Assembly: GCA_019358915.1 (NCBI GenBank)
Contig: JAHHIM010000073.1
Span: forward strand, 128,001-192,000
DNA from: Trichormus sp. ATA11-4-KO1
Lineage (GTDB): Bacteria > Cyanobacteriota > Cyanobacteriia > Cyanobacteriales > Nostocaceae
DNA: 64,000 nt
Reading direction: 5' to 3'
The notes beneath the pieces are model-generated. The model searched no databases, was not told the DNA's origin, and worked only from the letters and a program-made list of their open reading frames with translations. The position numbers were made by a program, and so were the translations under genes. This document shows, in pieces, positions 63,864-64,000 of this stretch (position 1 is its first letter; the number at the start of each line of letters is the position of its first letter).

Positions 63864-64000
63864 GGCTTTCTCCTAACTATAGTTTTTATTTTCCCTTCCC
63901 CATTTTAAATAAAATCAACCCTAAAGTATGACAATCTGTCGTAGATACAATTTTTTTTACGATTGAGGACTAAATCTATAGCAATATTTGTGCAATCAGC

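Overview
Chromosomal segment of a heterocyst-forming cyanobacterium (Nostocales-like). The assignment rests on frequent HIP1 GCGATCGC sites, heptamer STRR repeats, MITE-like elements, petE and cphA2/cphB2. Recognisable genes include ychF (partial), phoD with a Pho box, an Orn/Lys/Arg decarboxylase, a general-stress gene cluster (5-16 kb), a diguanylate cyclase, kdpABGC with a truncated kdpD, cphA2/cphB2, pepP, a solute symporter, obgE, ftsL-like/ftsI, glgB and petE. A probable PsrR1 sRNA lies at about 46.03-46.17 kb. The most unusual region is 16.9-34.4 kb, a co-oriented locus of sigma-70-like factor, TPR-CHAT protease, DUF1822, CHAT-CHASE2 and DUF928 (candidate caspase-like protease/anti-sigma signalling system). 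It appears to be interrupted by a ~10 kb block carrying an intact rolling-circle Rep_1 HUH initiator, a tandem repeat of covarying mini-hairpins, a small membrane ORF, the kdp operon and a NarL-type two-component pair. The block is bracketed by a 10/11-bp direct repeat. All family calls come from motif recognition by eye; no database searches were run.
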